From contig CM082586.2 in the NCBI GenBank assembly GCA_040954595.2, positions 11,129,337 through 11,193,336 of the forward strand: DNA of 64,000 nt, in the 5' to 3' direction. This document shows, in pieces, positions 61,001 through 64,000 of this stretch (the stretch's first letter is position 1; each line of letters opens with the position of its first letter). The notes under the pieces are model-generated. The model was not told the DNA's origin. It made no database searches and saw only the letters and a list, made by a program, of their open reading frames with translations. Source of the stretch: Balanoglossus misakiensis (lineage: Eukaryota > Animalia > Hemichordata). The position numbers and the translations under genes were made by a program.

Positions 61001-64000
61001 ACCTTTGCGTCAACATTAACTAGGCCAGAGTGGCCAGTATCGTGCCCATTAATTTTGAGTGTTTGGTGGGGTCAACCTTTGCGTCAACATTAACTAGGCC
61101 AGAGTGGCCAGTATCGTGCCCATTAATTTTGAGTGTTTGGTGGGGTCAACCTTTGCGCCAACATTAACTAGGCCAGAGCGGCCAGTATCGTGCCCATTAA
61201 TTTTGAGTGTTTGGTGGGGGTCAACCTTTGCGTCAACATTAACCAGAGCACACAGTAACCAGGCCGTAGTGGACAGTGTTCTGCCCATTAATTTTGAGTG
61301 TTTGGTGGGGGTCAACCTTTGCGTCAACATTAACCAGAGCACACAGTAACCAGGCCATAGTGGACAGTGTGCTGCCCATTAATTTTGAGTGTTTGGTGGG
61401 GTCAACCTTTGCGTCAACATTAACCAGAGCACACAGTAACCAGGCCATAGTGGACAGTGTTCTGCCCATTAATTTTGAGTGTTTGGTGGGGTCAACCTTT
61501 GCGTCAACATTAACCAGAGCACACAGTAACCAGGCCGTAGTGGACAGTGTTCTGCCCATTAATTTTGAGTGTTTGGTGGGTCAACCTTTGCGTCAACATT
61601 AACCAGAGCACACAGTAACCAGGCCGTAGTGGACAGTGTTCTGCCCATTAATTTTGAATGTTTGGTGGGGTCAACCTTTGCGTCAACATTAACCAGAGCA
61701 CACAGTAACCAGGCCATAGTGGACAGTGTTCTGCCCTTTAATTTTGAGTGTTTGGTGGGGTCAACCTTTGCGTCAACATTAACCAGAGCACACAGTAACC
61801 AGGCCATAGTGGACAGTGTGCTGCCCATTAATTTTGAGTGTTTGGTGGGGTCAACCTTTGCGTCAACATTAACCAGAGCACACAGTAACCAGGCCGTAGT
61901 GGACAGTGTTCTGCCCATTAATTTTGAGTGTTTGGTGGGGTCAACCTTTGCGTCAACATTAACCAGAGCACACAGTAACCAGGCCATAGTGGACAGTGTT
62001 CTGCCCATTAATTTTGAGTGTTTGGTGGGGTCAACCTTTGCGTCAACATTAACCAGAGCACACAGTAACCAGGCCGTAGTGGACAGTGTTCTGCCCATTA
62101 ATTTTGAGTGTTTGGTGGGGTCAACCTTTGCGTCAACATTAACCAGAGCACACAGTAACCAGGCCAGAGTGGCCAGTATCGTGCCCATTAATTTTGAGTG
62201 TTTGATGGGGGTCAACCTTTGCGTCAACATTAACCAGAGCACACAGTAACCAGGCCGTAGTGGACAGTGTTCTGCCCATTAATTTTGAGTGTTTGGTGGG
62301 GTCAACCTTTGCGTCAACATTAACCAGAGCACACAGTAACCAGGCCATAGTGGACAGTGTGCTGCCCATTAATTTTGAGTGTTTGGTGGGGTCAACCTTT
62401 GCGTCAACATTAACCAGAGCACACAGTAACCAGGCCGTAGTGGACAGTGTTCTGCCCATTAATTTTGAGTGTTTGGTGGGGTCAACCTTTGCGTCAACAT
62501 TAACCAGAGCACACAGTAACCAGGCCGTAGTGGACAGTGTTCTGCCCATTAATTTTGAGTGTTTGGTGGGGTCAACCTTTGCGTCAACATTAACCAGAGC
62601 ACACAGTAACCAGGCCGTAGTGGACAGTGTTCTGCCCATTAATTTTGAGTGTTTGGTGGGGTCAACCTTTGCGTCAACATTAACTAGGCCAGAGTGGCCA
62701 GTATCGTGCCCATTAATTTTGAGTGTTTGGTGGGGTCAACCTTTGCGTCAACATTAACTAGGCCAGAGTGGCCAGTATCGTGCCCATTAATTTTGAGTGT
62801 TTGGTGGGGTCAACCTTTGCGTCAACATTAACTAGGCCAGAGTGGCCAGTATCGTGCCCATTAATTTTGAGTGTTTGGTGGGGTCAACCTTTGCGTCAAC
62901 ATTAACCAGAGCACACAGTAACCAGGCCGTAGTGGACAGTGTTCTGCCCATTAATTTTGAGTGTTTGGTGGGGTCAACCTTTGCGTCAACATTAACCAGA
63001 GCACACAGTAACCAGGCCATAGTGGACAGTGTGCTGCCCATTAATTTTGAGTGTTTGGTGGGGTCAACCTTTGCGTCAACATTAACCAGAGCAAACAGTA
63101 ACCAGGCCATAGTGGACAGTGTTCTGCCCATTAATTTTGAGTGTTTGGTGGGGTCAACCTTTGCGTCAACATTAACCAGAGCACACAGTAACCAGGCCGT
63201 AGTGGACAGTGTTCTGCCCATTAATTTTGAGTGTTTGGTGGGGTCAACCTTTGCGTCAACATTAACCAGAGCACACAGTAACCAGGCCGTAGTGGACAGT
63301 GTTCTGCCCATTAATTTTAAGTGTTTGGTGGGGTCAACCTTTGCGTCAACATTAACCAGAGCACACAGTAACCAGGCCGTAGTGGACAGTGTTCTGCCCA
63401 TTAATTTTGAGTGTTTGGTGGGGTCAACCTTTGCGTCAACATTAACCAGAGCACACAGTAACCAGGCCGTAGTGGACAGTGTTCTGCCCATTAATTTTGA
63501 GTGTTTGGTGGGGTCAACCTTTGCGTCAACATTAACCAGAGCACACAGTAACCAGGCCATAGTGGACAGTTTGCTGCCCATTAATTTTGAGTGTTTGGTG
63601 GGGTCAACCTTTGCGTCAACATTAACCAGAGCACACAGTAACCAGGCCGTAGTGGACAGTGTTCTGCCCATTAATTTTGAGTGTTTGGTGGGGTCAACCT
63701 TTGCGTCAACATTAACCAGAGCACACAGTAACCAGGCCGTAGTGGACAGTGTTCTGCCCATTAATTTTGAGTGTTTGGTGGGGTCAACCTTTGCGTCAAC
63801 ATTAACTAGGCCAGAGTGGCCAGTATCGTGCCCATTAATTTTGAGTGTTTGGTGGGGTCAACCTTTGCGTCAACATTAACTAGGCCAGAGTGGCCAGTAT
63901 CGTGCCCATTAATTTTGAGTGTTTGGTGGGGTCAACCTTTGCGTCAACATTAACTAGGCCAGAGTGGCCAGTATCGTGCCCATTAATTTTGAGTGTTTGG
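55073..64000. repeat. Second satellite: 90-bp monomer plus 74-bp variant, higher-order repeats of 1664-1828 bp; runs off the window end
   Basis: 90-mer AACATTAACCAGAGCACACAGTAACCAGGCCGTAGTGGACAGTGTTCTGCCCATTAATTTTGAGTGTTTGGTGGGGTCAACCTTTGCGTC; the 74-mer has AACTAGGCCAGAGTGGCCAGTATCGTG. Identical ORF blocks at 55774, 57602, 59266 and 61094. Confidence 0.98.

Noticed and set aside
55081-63879. Long 30-aa-repeat ORFs on both strands
   Set aside because: Artefact of the 90-bp monomer; the 74-bp variants and G-run indels break frames, and there is no splice-site context.
55073-64000. CRISPR-like repeat/spacer appearance
   Set aside because: The intervening segments are not unique spacers, there are no cas genes, and the context is eukaryotic.

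Overview
Eukaryotic, intron-containing animal DNA (probably a marine invertebrate; inferred from repeat and gene content). Layout: (1) 1-28746 is an AT-rich 78-bp satellite with several higher-order periods. It is interrupted at 4083-6612 by a young Penelope-like (GIY-YIG, Neptune-type) insertion folded into a ~1.08-kb inverted repeat, with a 13-14 bp TSD, a minimal hammerhead ribozyme and a candidate retained intron. (2) 28747-33368 holds decayed ~245-bp tandem units and a Helentron/HINE-like terminus, interrupted by a dead 5'-truncated LINE that itself carries a TTAA-flanked (Kolobok-like) 795-bp element. (3) 33.4-41.2 kb is MITE-rich intergenic DNA. (4) 41201-54221 is a multi-exon C-type lectin-3xCUB-4xSushi-2xEGF gene resembling uninflatable (uif), with at least five independent disabling lesions (pseudogene or null haplotype). 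Its introns are full of MITEs, two Crypton-like hairpin elements and a HINE. (5) 55073-64000 is a second, homogeneous 90/74-bp satellite with ~1.7-1.8 kb higher-order repeats that starts inside a MITE-related sequence. Both satellites appear to emerge from transposon interiors. All coordinates and alignments were read by eye; no database searches were run.
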